DNA of 63,979 nucleotides, the filler included, from Choristocarpus tenellus KU-1152 (lineage: Eukaryota > Protista > Phaeophyceae): assembly GCA_964200185.2 (NCBI GenBank). It is 11 parts of 11 records of this genome, joined end to end, with 100 filler letters (N's around TTAATTAATTAA, not from the genome) between each part and the next. Parts side by side here need not be neighbours in the genome. Positions count along the whole stretch, not along the records: positions 37,417 to 41,862 come from CAXNAD020014512.1; positions 41,963 to 49,087 come from CAXNAD020006651.1; positions 49,188 to 56,804 come from CAXNAD020005869.1; 8 more parts are not named here. The stretch is one strand, 5' to 3'. Under the pieces are notes generated by a model, which was not told the origin of the DNA, made no database searches, and saw only the letters and a list, made by a program, of their open reading frames with translations. How positions within the stretch are numbered: position 1 is the first letter of the stretch; each line of letters begins with the position of its first letter. Positions 37,417 through 51,785 of this stretch are shown here, in pieces. A program made the position numbers and the translations under genes.

Positions 37417-40180
37417 AGCTTCAGCCCATAGGGAGTCAGTCTTAGGGGTGGTGACATGGGGAAAAGTAGTGGAGCTTGAAGGCGGGCAGCTAATGAAGCT
37501 TCATCAATAATACCCAGCATTCGCTCAGCAACCCCATTAAATTGAGGGCTGTCTGCAGGTGTGAACTCCTGTTTTATCCCCCGATCACGACAAAGAGCGC
37601 CGAAAGCACCCTCATAAAATTCCCCCCCATTATCAGACCGCACACACATGACCCGAGAGGGAGTACCATCAGCCCGGATATCGGCCAGGTACTTCTTGAA
37701 GGCTTCGGCGGCATCCGACTTAGCACGAAGGAAATACAACAAAACAAAACGAGAATAATCGTCCCGGATTATCATGGTGTATTGTTTACCACCGATTGAA
37801 AGGGTAGCCCTCTTCCCACTCAGGTCGACAAAAACCCGATCCAGCTTTCTTACCGCCCTTGAAGACGTGCTGGACCAGACGCCCTTCCGTATGCCCTTGG
37901 ACATAGAGCAGCCTGCACATGGCTCCAGCTCACCCACCAATGTAATGCCCATTGAAATGGCGGTGGACTTGAGCAATGCCTTGTGTGCGTGGCTATAAGA
38001 GCGGTGGAAGAGGTTAATGTCGATCTCCGTGTGGGGAGCGTGGGGTGCAAGCGAGGGGGTTATAGTGGCCTTTAAAGCAACTTCAGCATTTCGATCTAGT
38101 CGCGGCAATATGAGTGAAAGTACATTTTAGAGGGTACGGGTTTTGCCCTCTTCGTCCATTTAGGGCTTGACTTCCCATGAGTTCTTTTATGATATTTTCC
38201 TACTTCAAAATGTTTAGGAGTAGGTAAAGTATATATGCCATGAATAGGTGTGTTCAGAACATGGATGCTGACACCTCCTAACAAACACAATAGTCAACAT
38301 TACATCAAAATCGCAACATTGGAGTTTGGCCCCCAAATGGATGTGGCTCTACCCTCTAAGATACTTTGGCTTTATGCGTTGACCATGGAGGGTGTAGTGG
38401 CAACCAGGATCTCTTGTGAAGTTAAGTACTCCATCTAGTAGCGAGAATGTGCTGGCTGTGAAAATGCCTCTTGCACGCTTATCAGCTGCTGCTTGGCAAG
38501 AGAAAAGGTTGAATCCAAGATCAGGGACATGGGCGACATTTTGAAGTAGTATTTCTACCTCCTTTTTGTGGGACAAAACAGGAACAAGATGGTTAGGTCA
38601 CCATGACCAGCGATGCTAAAGAAATTTTGGCTAGCAGCGACTACCCTTTTTTCTCCACCGCAAGGCTTCTAAATAGTCATGGATTTTACCGTATTTGTTT
38701 TATGTGACATGAAGCCGCACTGTTCAAAATCCATTCTTCTCTCTCGCGGCCAACCCTAAAACTTGACACCAAAAATTCGTTTTCTCCACACTGACCTGGA
38801 GCATTGCTACTCGGAGAGTCCCCAGTGGCGACTAGTAGTATGTATCGCTCGTTGTCACCGCAGCTGGTGGTACTTTCCACAGTAATGTTGGAAGGATTCG
38901 CCTCAGTCTTGATCTCTTCTTTCCCAGACTGCACTGTAGTCAAGAACACCGAAGTGCATGTTGTTGCATCATGGGCACGTCCAGTACATTTGGTGCAATG
39001 CGATTTGGGCAAGCTGTCTTCTCATGTCCATGCTTACTGCATCTCTCACAAGGAATCTTCTCGGAACGTTTTGGGTTGGAATTAGAACCATTTTTCTTTC
39101 TTCCACCATTAAATTTACGTTCGGCCCCTCGACCTTGGCCGTTGCGATGAGACTGACTCTTCCCTCGTGATAAGCTGTTAACGACCAAAGCATGGCTATT
39201 CTTGTGTCTTGAGTCCTTTCCCTGATGAAGGGAAGCATTTCACTCTATAGCAGGTTTCTCTACGTCTGCTCGACATAGTGTTCTCTGCGAGCCCATCATG
39301 CGTATCTCAGTATCGTAATCTGATCCGAGAGCACTCAGGAACTGTAGGAGCAGCAGCTTGTCCGAGATCACCAGGTCCATTGATAGCATCCTCCCTCGAA
39401 GCTCTTCCAGGTGGTTTAAGGTCAGGATCGGATTCACCCCCTTTTCCACCTTTGAAGTGAAAAACTCACGGAACAAATGTTGGCTATAACCCACTGTATT
39501 GGGCATGAACCGATCATCTATTGCTCAGAAAAGCTCGCTCGGACTTTGGTGCGTATAGCACAGTGCCCTGGTGGTGGGTGCAACGAGAGCAACAGTAAGT
39601 GCATGGTAGGCCTCTTCAGCCAACCAGATATCATTCGCACTGAAGCTGTCCGAGAGAAGTTCCTCGTAGGAGCATTCTTGATTGACTGGTCTTTCACTTG
39701 TCAACGCATCCAAACAGTGAGTATATCTGCAATGCACGATGAAACGCCTCCGCCAGTCCCGATAGTCCGAGTCGTCCAATAGTTTCGGTGGTTGGGTTCT
39801 TGATCTCTTTGTCGTAGGGCGAACAATATGTGCGCCTGTCCCCAAGCTCTCCGAAGAACCAAACCTCCGACTCGCCCCACTTCTGATGCTCGCAGCATCC
39901 AAACTGTTTCCCCTCTCTGGGAAATTCGCCCTCAACATGAGCTCCATAGGACCCACTTTGACTGGTATGCCCCCAGCCGGAGGCCGTGTTCTGGGCACAG
40001 CTATCTGGACAACGGGATGATTTCCGCCGCCAACTCTTTCAGACTGAACCATGAGATTGGCAACGTTTCTTGACAACTCCACTACCATCGCCATAAGCTG
40101 TCCGAATTCTTGGACAGATGGGCCATCGGAAGGAACAGGTTCCTGCAATTCTTGAATCGCATCTCCTCGTGTAGACATGA
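37417..40180 (-). mobile_element. Ty1/copia 5' portion: gag, zinc knuckle, protease, integrase (disrupted)
   Basis: YRDWRRRF gag; CERCSKHGHEKTAC knuckle; WILNSAASCH protease; NVAHVPDLGFNLFS; HRSYSHAH...CAGC; VFVDLSG, RSDNGGEF and PQFNGVAER integrase core. It has frameshifts and a MITE insertion. Confidence 0.95.
38112..38372 (-). mobile_element. MITE family A inserted in copia pol
   Basis: Both TIRs are present. Removal with one target copy (ATAT) rejoins HGQRI to LPRLDRNAE in frame. Confidence 0.92.
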
Positions 40181-40607
40181 TGAAATGATGGGTTAGAAGC
40201 CTAAGGTACAATATATTGCGTTAAAGTATCCTCGAAATCATCAAAGAGGATAAAGGTGATAAATCCAGCGAGATTGCTTGGTGTCTGTAGAGTGATGGGT
40301 TAAAGTTAAGTGGGGCATGCAACGCCCCAATAAAATCAGAAATATTTCCTTCTATATGAGGAAAATTCTCATACAACTAGTCACTAGTAAAAGGTTCTGA
40401 TAACTCAACCACTAATTGATTGTTCCGTTACTCCATACATATTTTACCGTAACTGTCCGATAGAGTTGGAAGAGTCTAATCGAACATGTAGCCCCAAGTA
40501 CATTGCTACTAACAACAACAGAGGGCAAATCGAAACACCAAGAATTTCGTTCAGATTTGCCTTGAATATTGGTCAAGAATGGTCTCATCCACCCTCTGTT
40601 CAGTTTT

Positions 40608-40848
40608 GAGCCAAAGTATCTTAGAGGGTATAGCCGCGTCCATTGGGGGTCAAACTCCAATGTTTGGATTTTAATGTAATTTAGAAAGTGTCAGTATCCA
40701 TGTTCCGGACACAAATTTTCAAAACGTACACATTTTACCTACTCCTAAACATTTTGGGCTAGGAAAGTGTCATAAAAGAACCCATGGGAAGCCAAGCCCC
40801 AAATGGACAAACAGGGCAAAACTACTACCCTCTAAGATACTTTCACTC
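40608..40848 (+). mobile_element. MITE family A, complete (241 bp), TTTT target-site duplication
   Basis: TTTT|GAGCCAAAGTATCTTAGAGGGTA...TACCCTCTAAGATACTTTCACTC|TTTT. Confidence 0.93.
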
Positions 40849-41804
40849 TTTTGCCTCGTTCAGAAATGCCTCAAAATTGACGTATAATTGTCAGTTGTCA
40901 CGATTTTCCGTTTCGAAATGCCCCAAAAAGGGAAATAGCAAAACGAAACGGGGGTGAAAACGTGCGTATAGGAGATGGTCATATTAAACAAGAGATGATG
41001 TAATGTTATTGTTGTCCTCATGTTCCTTTTTAATCTCTTATTTAATGGAGTTATTACTAGTGGACTGAAAAGATTGGACAAAAAAGAGGATATCCCTTAA
41101 GAAGACTTTGTCTACATCAGGAGTGTTAAAAATATGCTTCTTCTCCACAGCTGCTTCTGTTACGATCGCTTTGTCCTCCACCTTGCAAGCCCTTTCGACC
41201 TCTTTTTTCGGGCTTCAGAGTCCTTGTAGCCCAACCCTAACACCTTCTTCCTCGTTTCCTTAAGCCACTCTGGCTCGCACAGCTTCCAGACAGCTAGGGC
41301 CTGCTCCAACTGTCGACTACTAACATATTCTACACCCAGGTTTTTGTTTAGGCGTTTCCTGAGTGCAACGGCACGCAGTCGCACTGCTCTCTTCCTCAAC
41401 CTTCCCTTTGGGCGGCCACTCTCTGTTTCCTTTGCCCGCCATGACCAGGCTTCGCCACAGACTTCGTCACTGTACCACCTGGTGATGGACTCGCCGCTCT
41501 CTTCCTGCTTTCCCGAGGCAGCAGAGACTGCAGAGCAGTGATCCGCATCAGTTGAAGATCCAACCACGTTTGTGTGGTAATGCTTTCAATGCATCTTCTC
41601 TCAGCTTCAGTGTCCTGGTCCCGTGATCCATTTCGCGATTAGATCATGCTGCTGTGCCACAGTACACGCACGTTCTCGTCACCTAACACCGCACTGAGTG
41701 TCACAAGGTACTTGCTTTTCCTTCGCTTCTCGACAGAGAAGGTGCCGAGCGTAGATCCAGGGGGAAGAGTGACCTCGGCGACTCTCCTTGTCTCACCGTC
41801 ATGG

Positions 41805-41862
41805 GAGCCAAAGTATCTTAGAGGGTAGAGCTGCGTCCATTTGGGGGTCAAAATATAATTTT
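41805..41862 (+). mobile_element. MITE family A end at contig end
   Basis: GAGCCAAAGTATCTTAGAGGGTAGAGCTGCGTCCATTTGGGGG. Confidence 0.88.
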
Positions 41863-42792
41863 NNNNNNNNNNNNNNNNNNNNNNNNNNNNNNNNNNNNNN
41901 NNNNNNTTAATTAATTAANNNNNNNNNNNNNNNNNNNNNNNNNNNNNNNNNNNNNNNNNNNNCCAACCGACTCTCCGCTGTCCCCCCCCCCCCAGCACCT
42001 TTTTTTACTGCTGTTCCTTCCATATTACTGACCTCTTACCTCATGTCCCTATTTTTTCAACTTGTGTACAAAATGCATGCAGATGGAACAACTCACGGGA
42101 ACTTCTCGATTCAGAGCTGACAAGGGATTCCAGGTGAATGCACTACTAGTGCATACCATGACCATTGTAGCACCATACCTTGTGGCGGTATGGTGTGGGA
42201 AATAAGTTACACATGCAAACAGAACACTTCATTGCTTGTGATGCTTTGTGTGATTTGGACATAGTGGTTTTTCTTTCAGGTCTTCTTTTTTGTAAGTTCT
42301 TTATGACTCTGGCTTTTTTCTCTTTTCTGTCAGAGGTTTTATGTAGTAGGCGGTGAAGGTAACTCCATGTCTAACTGTGAAAGTCTTATTTTATTTTAGT
42401 GAATGTGGTGATCAAAAAACTTCAAGTGGTGTACTCTCTACCGTAATTTTTGTTTTCCCAAGAGTAAATTGGTATTGTGTAAGCTGTTCAAGTGGAGCGT
42501 GCCTTTTAGGAGCACATTAGCCTTTGCAAGCATTGAATTTTTTGTCTGTGACACCCCCACACAACACCAATATGCTCTCAATTACATCATAGCACTCAAG
42601 TATTTCAGTTTACAACAGTTGTTGAGAGGGGAACCCCTTAAAAGGAACCACACCTTTTGCCACTCTTTGCCGAGAACTCATTGAACTGAACAATCTCATC
42701 AGCAGACCTCTCTACCCTCCCTCCCAATATGTTCCTTTACTGTTTCTCCTTACCATCTCCTCCCATCTTGCTTACAAATATGTTCTTTCCAG

Positions 42793-42918
42793 GGGACAGA
42801 GAGTGGTGCATCATCCACCAGGAATGCGCCTGTACAGTTTGAGACAGATCCGGCAGAGGCTGATCCGTTTGGGTTGGATGCTTTCCTCAAGGATGCAAAA
42901 ACGTCAAAAAAGAAGTAG
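42793..42918 (+). CDS. SNW1: Terminal exon of spliceosomal protein SNW1/SKIP (Prp45)
   Basis: A pyrimidine tract and CAG acceptor precede GTESGASSTRNAPVQFETDPAEADPFGLDAFLKDAKTSKKK*. PVQFE...DPFGLD.FL..AK is the SKIP C-terminal signature. Confidence 0.88.
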   Translation, partial: GTESGASSTRNAPVQFETDPAEADPFGLDAFLKDAKTSKKK

Positions 42919-45552
42919 ATTCTCAACATGGATTCACCCTCGTCTTTTTATGGGTTCAAGGTCTAAGTGTAGTTGAGTTTGGTGATCGGTTTGGGTTTGG
43001 GTTTGGGTGTTTCCGGGTTATGTATTACAAAGGATATTAGGCGTGGTTGCCCTCAGGAAGTATGGAATATGTGTGAGCAAAGCTGTTGTTAGTCACAAAG
43101 AAATTTCTCACTTCGAGACTTGTGTCTGTCACCTCACTGGTTAAATTTGCATGGGCGCTTTTATTCTCTTCCAAGTCACTGGATTGATGGAAGTGAGTGT
43201 ATAATAATAATAATAAACATATCACAGCATGTACGATAATAATATTGATGAGTACCAAGGGACCCTGTTGCTTTCCAAAGCAAGTTGTGGAGTACTCTAT
43301 GTTCATTTTGGAGTTAGGGGTTGTCCTTGTTACCAGACAAGAATGAGTCGGGTATTGAACTATTGGCCCTAAGTACCTTGCAGAGTGTGTAATACAAACA
43401 AGTGCAGACTGCATCCTTACTTTACCACACATCTTTAGAATGTCTTTTACCTTGTTAAATTGGAGTATAGCGCCTGTCGTGCAAAGGTTGCCTCAACACC
43501 CCTAACATTCTAAGCTGTGGTCAAATGACCCTCCTTGCCTACACCTTTCCACCAACTTTGTATCATATCATCAAAACACTAAAATACGGTATATTCCTAC
43601 ATCATGAGAAGGTGATACTTGAGTGAGTCACAGGATTTCAAAACTTGACTTTATTATAGGTATCCTACGTTCTACACTTATTCAGTACCTATGCCTTACT
43701 GTTGTCAACATAGCCAACATCTGGCACAAAGATGTAAGTACCTATTGCTATGGACAAACAGCTCCAAAGATACGAAGACTTGGAATACTTTCTACAGTGG
43801 TACATACTTCAAGTACTGATGTTAGTGGGGGGTGGGGGGTAGGTTTCCAACTGACAATGAATAATTCTATATTGTACTTCATAAAAGTGACTAAGACTTA
43901 GAAAGACTTAGAAATATAATGAGGTGTTTGCTATACTTGCGTAGTCCTCCTTGATGTATGATATTTTTATGCATCATTACCATGGATCTGGTCACTGGTG
44001 GTTTAGGCTTAGATGTTGGTTTTTGGTTATATCCTATAAAATAAACTTGAGGGTGAAGAGTAAGGACCTAGGATCTAATCGCATTATTCGTAAATCGTCA
44101 CACAACTTGTTCGTTCAATTCCAACATCTCCTGTACTTCAAAGTATCACCAGGTTACAGAGAGGATGGCATACTTGTGTATGCATGGGTACCTGTGCATC
44201 AACTACTTCAGGTGATGCATGATGTATAGTCCTGCATAGTGCAATGCCTGTGGAAACACACTAGTTGCTCTGCTAAGTATATTTAGTCCCATACAGTGCA
44301 GTGCTTAATACAAAAGCAGTAATTGTGAAACAGATGGAAACAAGCTGACAGGTTCTTCGTAATGAAGGGTAGCGGGAAGACCCACAGGAGGCAAGGAAAA
44401 GAAGAGAGAGCAATCCCTCAGAAGATTACTCAGCAAAGGAGTGATCAAGCGGTAAGTGAATGAGGCAGTTTTGTAAGGTCCCCTCAAACCAACCGCTATT
44501 TGCTTCAAGCAGGTGTTATCTTCAATGTGCAAAAACAAATGTCATACGAAAATCAGATGGTTCAAGATAAGTTACCTTCAGGGTATACCTTCTTTGGAAG
44601 ATGGCTCTCACATAATACCTCTTCCAGCATTATGAACATCAACCTTTTGGCTCAATCTGGTGCGCATGATAAAGGTCACTCATTGAAGTGGCCGTGTGGG
44701 ACTACTGAGTTCTTGACCATGTTGAGCAAATTTGGACACATTAATTGTGCTCCCACAGATATGCAAGTATAAGTGGATTCCGGTCCTGCTGCAGTACTCA
44801 TAGTGATATTTCAACCAATTAATTTGCAGGGACATACATACACTACTATGTCACTACAAAAAGGTTAAATAAATCAACATTAACACATCCTATCCCTGTG
44901 GTAATGCGGTTTGTCAATGATAGCATTGATGAAATCCACACACCTTTCACCAATGCACATCTAAGGGAACAAAAGCCGAAGCAATCAACGATCTCCTGGA
45001 TCTACACAAATATATCATTTTCAGCGGTTAGATTAGACTTGTTGAAGTAATAGGAGTAAGATGTCAACTGAGAAAAGCTTATGATGCTTTGAATATAACA
45101 AAAGAAATATAATACAGGAGGTTTAAATCACATGGCCACAGAGTAGAACAGGGTGCCCCAACCACCTCTACTAACCCAGGCACATCCCTCTATGGCACTC
45201 ACCACACACTCCATCACTGGAAAAACAAACCACTTCCTCAGGTTCATAGTACTATAAATACTACTAAAATCGTAAAATACTATATATACATCATACTGTC
45301 TCTACAAAATTCTGGAGAACATAACTTCAACTGACAAGGCTAACAAGAGCAAATGACTGCAACTGACAAAAATACTTCTTTGACCACAATATGTACAACA
45401 TTGGCATCTTAGCAGTGCTGAAACCCTACGATCTACGAAAAAGATGGTGAGTCAGAGGTATCAAGGAGGGCTCGGCAACATCAACCTGCAACAACAATTC
45501 TCATGATATCGGTATTTGGTACTCATTTGTGTGAGGGGGAACTGTAACCCTA

Positions 45553-48500
45553 CTATGCACTACCAACAGAGAAGGTGAATCGCTGCATTCGAAGTCTCCC
45601 AGCTCTTCGACCCTCTAGGGCACGTATGAGATGTTCAGACTTCACCTGCAGCAACAAGGAAGACAATCGAGAGGGATGGGTGCACCACATTAACAGGCCA
45701 GAGCACACAGAGATGAGGATGGGAAATGCTCACAAAACTGCACTGATGATTTAGCTAGCAGTCCGCAGTCCTATTGCAGCTTGTTTGCGATCAGTTGACT
45801 AAAGTGCTCAGAAATATGTGCTCAGTATCTTCAAACCAGGCGGTGCTTCCTCACAACAACAACAAAAACTCAAAATTTGATGGATTGTTCCTGTTGAGAC
45901 CAAGTCCTGTAAGGTTCGAAGCTCAGATCCTGTTAGTCATAGCAGGGGCTGATTTGAAGGGGCAAATATATTGAGAGACGAGCCGTTTATACCACCTCAC
46001 TTTCTTACCTCGGTTGCACCCTCCAGGTCTTCCCTCAGTGCCATCATTGCAGCCTCACGGCAAGTGGCCTGACCAGCAAGACAAAAGGGAACAAGAACAA
46101 GTCAGTCACCAAACAGACAGTGGAGTCCAGCCCATGCATCATGGCCACTTTCAGGATGTGTGATCCATGCAACGGGGAGAAGAGATCATAGCAGAACAAC
46201 CATGAGGTCAGTAGAACGCAGAGTCAAAGACCTTCAAGGATCAAGCCAAGAGATCACCTACAATACAAGAATTCTTTTTCATTCACAGAAGAATTTTCAC
46301 AGGTTGGCCACCAACTATTCCAGTGTGTTCCCGCTTTCAGTTGCCTTGGAAATTGACAGTCTGCAGAGTGGAATGGTGATACCCATTTATGCTGAACGGT
46401 AGGAGCAATTCCACATATACCGCCAACAGTTTTGTTCTTGTCATACCATACTGCCGACTAAACTGAAAACCTATTCAAAACGTCGATTACAATAAATAGT
46501 GACGCAAAGTTGCAAAGATCCACTTCCCTGCCCTACCCAAATGCACAGTGTGCTATTTTGCACCTGTACTGATGATCTAGGGGTGGAGATTGTCTTCGAA
46601 AGATGCCTTCAGTGCTCATGCCCTACCCTTCCTTTTTCTTAAAAGTCCTTGCTGGGAGATAAGCCTTCTACTTGTACAGATGATGAGTTTGACACAACAG
46701 GATTTCTTCGACAAACAGATGGAAAAATAACGAAGCCTGAGCTTCATGGGACTACATAGTGCATCTCACTTGAAACTGTCCTCTAATAATATCACAACAC
46801 TAATGATAACAACAAAATATCGTGATTGCAGGCACAACCTATCTCAGCAGTCAACTGGTGCTTCACTTTCTTTCTTTTTGTTTTTCTTACAACCCCAACG
46901 AGCCACAGTAAGAAACAAATAAACATACGTCGTCACCCAAGGAAAGGGGGGGAAAGGAAGCCCGTTCAAGAAAAACTGTCTACGCATTGGTTGAAGCATG
47001 CAAAGTCCCTTTTTTTGCCCTACCCCCAGTCTCTCCTCCTTCAACCACCCCCCACATCACGGCAAAAAAAAGCCTGTACCTCAAGCTAGGCAGATGTACC
47101 CTACCCCAGCCCCTAATCTCAACCCAGACCCCCCAATCACAAGCGGCAAAATACCTCTAAATCAGAACAGCTCATTCCTCCCGAAAGATCTTCCCGGCTG
47201 AGTCTCTCCAGGTCCACTCCAACCCCAAGTGGAAGGCGTCCTGCATGCACCCGTAGCACACCCAGGCGATCCTCCCCCGAAGGCAAGTCCAGCAAAATAC
47301 TCTCCTGGAGGCGTCCTGGGCGCAAAAGTGCAGCGTCCAGTGCTTCCCGGCGATTTGTTGCTGCAAGAACAAGGACTCCACATCCTCCAACACCGCTGCT
47401 CGTCCTCCCACCCGCCCCCTTACCCTTACTTCCTTCCCGTCGGGAAGAGGAGGTTGCCACACCATCCATCTCATTGAGCAGGGTACTCAGGACGCGGGAA
47501 TGGACACCTCCATCATCTGCATCACTCCCGGGGGTAGATGGGTCGTCCCTCTTGGCGGTGATGGCATCGAGCTCGTCTAGGAAGAGAATGCAGGGCGCTG
47601 CTGCACGAGCCTTGGCAAAGAGGGAGCGGAACCTCTCTTCAGACTCTCCCAGGTACCTGATGTTATTTCGTTGATACATTTATTTTATGGGGGTTTGAAG
47701 AGTTGCGAGAGACAGCAAGAACAACCAGGGATCGGGGGATTAGGGCATCCTGAATCAATGGAGCGGTCAGGAGCAGAAGAGCCAGAGCTGATGTGCAAAT
47801 GGCAAGGTATGGAGTGGGCTGGATGGTAGACAAGGAGAATTTCGTCCCAGCGGTCCGCAAAGGATTGATGGCACTGGCTCTCCACGAGGAGTTGTTAAGG
47901 TAACTTCAACTTCCTGAATACCTTTTCAGGGAGGGCATACCATATTCGGTGTGCAATCCTAACCCTAACCTCAAACAAAAAACAACAAAAAAATCCTCTC
48001 CCTTCGACCCCCTATTCACACTGACTTCGCCCCACATATAAAGACTGAGCGAATATTGCCACCCCTTGTCCAACTCCTCTACTCCGTTCATCAAGGAGCT
48101 AAGCATTTACATCAGTTGAGTGTAACTACAGCAATTAGGTGCGAGCTCATGACTCCTCTCTTCCTCTTCCGTAAACTCATTACAAGAAAAAAGCAATAGC
48201 AAGTATTACACCTCACCTTGAGAACAGCTCTGATGATCTCACCCAAACGAAGTTGGCCAGGCACTCCGATGCCAGCACCTGAGCAAACAGGCTCTTCCCA
48301 CACCCACTGGGACCGTAGAGGAGTGCACCTGAAGGGGCTGAGATTCCCATTCGTGCAAACGCCTCCGGATGTTGCCATGGCCACTGTACCAATCGCTGAA
48401 GCCGATCCTTGGCCACCCCGTAACCCCCCACTGCCTCCCAGGTCAGGTCGCGGCGGGAAGAAGACACTTCTACACCCAGCAGCGACCGAGGCACTATTTC

Positions 48501-49010
48501 CGCAACAGCCATGAGAGCATCTGTCCATAACAACATAGGTCCCAAGGGAGGGACCGTAGTCTCTGAATCCTGGGCTGAGACAACCTCAACACCACGTTCC
48601 CTTTGGCGGCGACGGAAGGCATGTGCCCGTGCTGCCTCAATGAGCCTTGTCAAGTCTCCTCCCACAAACCCTGGGGTGAGTATGCTAAGCCTTTCCGCCC
48701 AGGTCACCAAGACAGCACTGCTATCTAAATCCTTATCCCCCAACTCATCCCTATCTACACCTCCACCAGGAGCAAAGGCCATTGTGTGTGCTGGGGCAGC
48801 AGCTCCTTTATGCACAGTCACATCAGAGCCAGATCTGGACTCCAGACCCAAAACAGACCCTGAGGGTGGGCCCAGTTGCTCAAGTGTATCAGCACCCTGA
48901 CCCTTGAGGAGCAATCTCAAGATACCCTCTCGGCTGGCCTGAGTGGGCGGGGATATCTCCACACAGCGGTCTAAGCGTCCAGGCTTGCAGAAGGTTGCAG
49001 GAATAGAGGC
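45553..49010 (-). CDS. Double-ring AAA+ ATPase of the CDC48/AFG2 (SPATA5-like) group, 5' incomplete
   Basis: Exons ~49010-48217, 47656-47155, 46068-46009 and 45645-45553 (stop). End of D1 (PGRLDR, TPGFVGGDL); D2 Walker A GPSGCGKS, Walker B ILFLDELD, AATNR, LLRPGRL and CREAAMMALREDL. Confidence 0.92.
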
Positions 49011-51785
49011 ATCTACCCCCCCCCCCCCCCCCCCCTCCCCCCTCCCCCCCCCCCCCCCCCCCCCCCCCCCCCGTCTCCCCCCCACTCNNNNNNNNNNNNN
49101 NNNNNNNNNNNNNNNNNNNNNNNNNNNNNNNTTAATTAATTAANNNNNNNNNNNNNNNNNNNNNNNNNNNNNNNNNNNNNNNNNNNNATTTTGGGTCAAA
49201 CCCATCCTCCATAATATACTTCATCCTCAATTTTGGTGAGAGGCTGTTTACTGGACGTTGAGCATGTTCTATATGTCATTTTTTTCCCCCATCCATATGG
49301 AAGTAGGTATTTCATCTTTTTATAGGAGTCACAAAAGCAGATATCAAAACAAATAAAAAAGCGGGGTGGAGTGGGTTTAAAGGTGTCAGTCGAACAGCTG
49401 TATTTGGTTTTGATTCGGACAATATCGATACTATTATTAACATTAATATTATTGGTACTACTACTCCACGGTTGTTTTTGCGCCCTCAATCATACAACGG
49501 CGAGCCCCCAGTATCTATCGGACTTCTACTTCAGATCGTTGAAGTTTGCTTCTGTACATGCCATACTCACGACAGACAAACATGTCTCGAAGATATTTCA
49601 CTTGGTTTGCAAATCATGCTCTCGAAGACTGATGTTCACTACCAATCATTGTTTTCCCCTCTGTATACACTCTCAATGTTCCCAGTGAGGGAGGTTTACC
49701 CTGACGTGACGTGCCAGAAAGTGGATTTGTAGGCAATAATATGAAGGGAAAACCTTTGCAACCTACTTACTGTCATTCAAAGGGAACGAAGCGAAGTTGT
49801 CGTTCAAGATCTATGTGGGCACATGGGACTGAGGACTTCCCTTCATCGGACCTTTCGATGTGTAGATAACATCATTGGTCTGAGTCACAGGAGACAAGGG
49901 ACCAATGTGAGAGTGCAGCCTTCAGTCTATTTTTGTCGTTCCATTGATACGCATCTAACAGACGAACGTGTGGTGAGGTACCCTTTTTTTCTTTCCTGGG
50001 TGTTTCTCGCAACCACACATCTTGTGTACTTGGCCCTAGCACCTCATGCTGCAGTTCATCTCTTTACGGGTTTGTTAGCAGAGTTGCACCAATCTCGAGA
50101 ATCTCTTGCGATCGAACAAACATACTACAACAATGCTGTGTTGTAGCGATAATTTTGTTCAGAACTCCTGCATCTCACTTGCAACAATCACATTTGTCTA
50201 CTACTGCCAACTTTCTTATGGTCAGAATGGGGCACTGCAGGATACGATGATGTGGATGGGTGACAGGGGGGGGACTAAGTTAGGGGAGAAAGAGAAGGGG
50301 AAGCTCTACCAGTAAATACCCACTGTAGTAATTACCCATTGCGCGCCATCAGTCACAGAAGAAAGAAACAATGGGGTTTGGGGTAAACACGTGGGGGCTG
50401 TGCTGGGGGCAAGAGAGATGGAGAACAGCTGCCACTAAGCACCCATGGTGCTTGAACAGCAGCATGGAGAAAGTCACAAGGGGGGGCTGTGTGGTCTGTG
50501 CCTGAGGAAAAGTGGAAAAGCTTCACCAGATAGCAGATACGGTGCTCCACCTGTCCTAGGAGGAATAGCAAGGGGATGGGGGCTGCACCTACCTAGCAAA
50601 GGGATGCGGTGTGCCTGGGTAGAAGGGGTAGGGTGTGCCACGTGGAGGCTGTGACTGCCTGTACAATATCTGATGACCAGGTTCAAAACACTCCTGTGTC
50701 GCTGTGAGGTCTGTGCGTAACATTTTCCTTTGAAGTGGTCAAACAGGGAACTCAAAATTGTAGTAGAGGCATTATAGGCCAGGGCCCTTCCAGACAACAC
50801 CAAGACAATTTACAGTCTGAATCAACCATCATCTCATAATGTTTAGACAAAATATGTTTGGAGTACATGTGGAGGGAAAGGGTGTGTGTGTCTGATGATA
50901 GTACAGATACCCACCATCCCCATGTAGGATAGCTACCGATATAATTATCTTACATAACCAAGTGGTTAACTTCAACTCCACACAAATACTCCATAAAAGA
51001 ACATTACCACGAATAATGTAACCATGTATGTATGTATGTATCGGCTATACCATGACAATCACGACATCAGTAGTTGTATAATCTTAACCGAAATACCTAA
51101 TTATTCATGTCCAACTGTACCATCTCATTTGTGATATTTCACACACTAAAAAGCCACGTATACATGAACGTGCACAAAATATGAATACCTGCATAGAAGT
51201 CCTATTCTGCACACTCCCCATCGAGAGGTAAGACAATACAAGGTTCCTGGAACTCTCACACCATTTTCATCAACGTATTTAGCTATAATAAAATCATATA
51301 CCTGTCTCTTACACAATCTCTTGTTCAGTATCTCTGCAAACTGGTGGTGTGTGGTTGGTACAAACGACACTCAGAACAAACCTCGACTTACATACTCCCT
51401 GTTGCACCTCAACCCCACACAGAGCCGCTACATTCTCCATCAACGATGGAGTTCACTAAGAACATTTCACCACAACTTTTCGGGACTCTTGAAATATATT
51501 TTCCTTTTTCCCCTCACTTTACTTTTTGAAATTACCATTTTCGCCACCTTTGTTTTTCGCCCTAAATTTAAATTGAAAGAGAAGAGGAAAGTGTGAAAGT
51601 TGTTTGAAAGCAAGCTTCAGGAAATCCTGCTTAAACGTAAGGAAGTCAGTGGGCGAATGTCATCTAGGTTGGTAGGGCTAGGGTACCCCTTGCAGAGGTG
51701 TCTACTTTATGACGTAGTGCTTTACAGTCAACACAGCAAACGTTCTTCTTAGAAGGAGGACGGACCTGGAGCATCATCTTATTCC

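Noticed and set aside
44100-44780. Possible minus-strand pogo-like transposase relic
   Set aside because: Only isolated 3-5-residue resemblances across different frames, below my support threshold.
49011-49087. Poly-Gly/poly-Pro stretch at the start of the AAA ATPase ORF
   Set aside because: It is low-quality poly-C sequence at a contig end.
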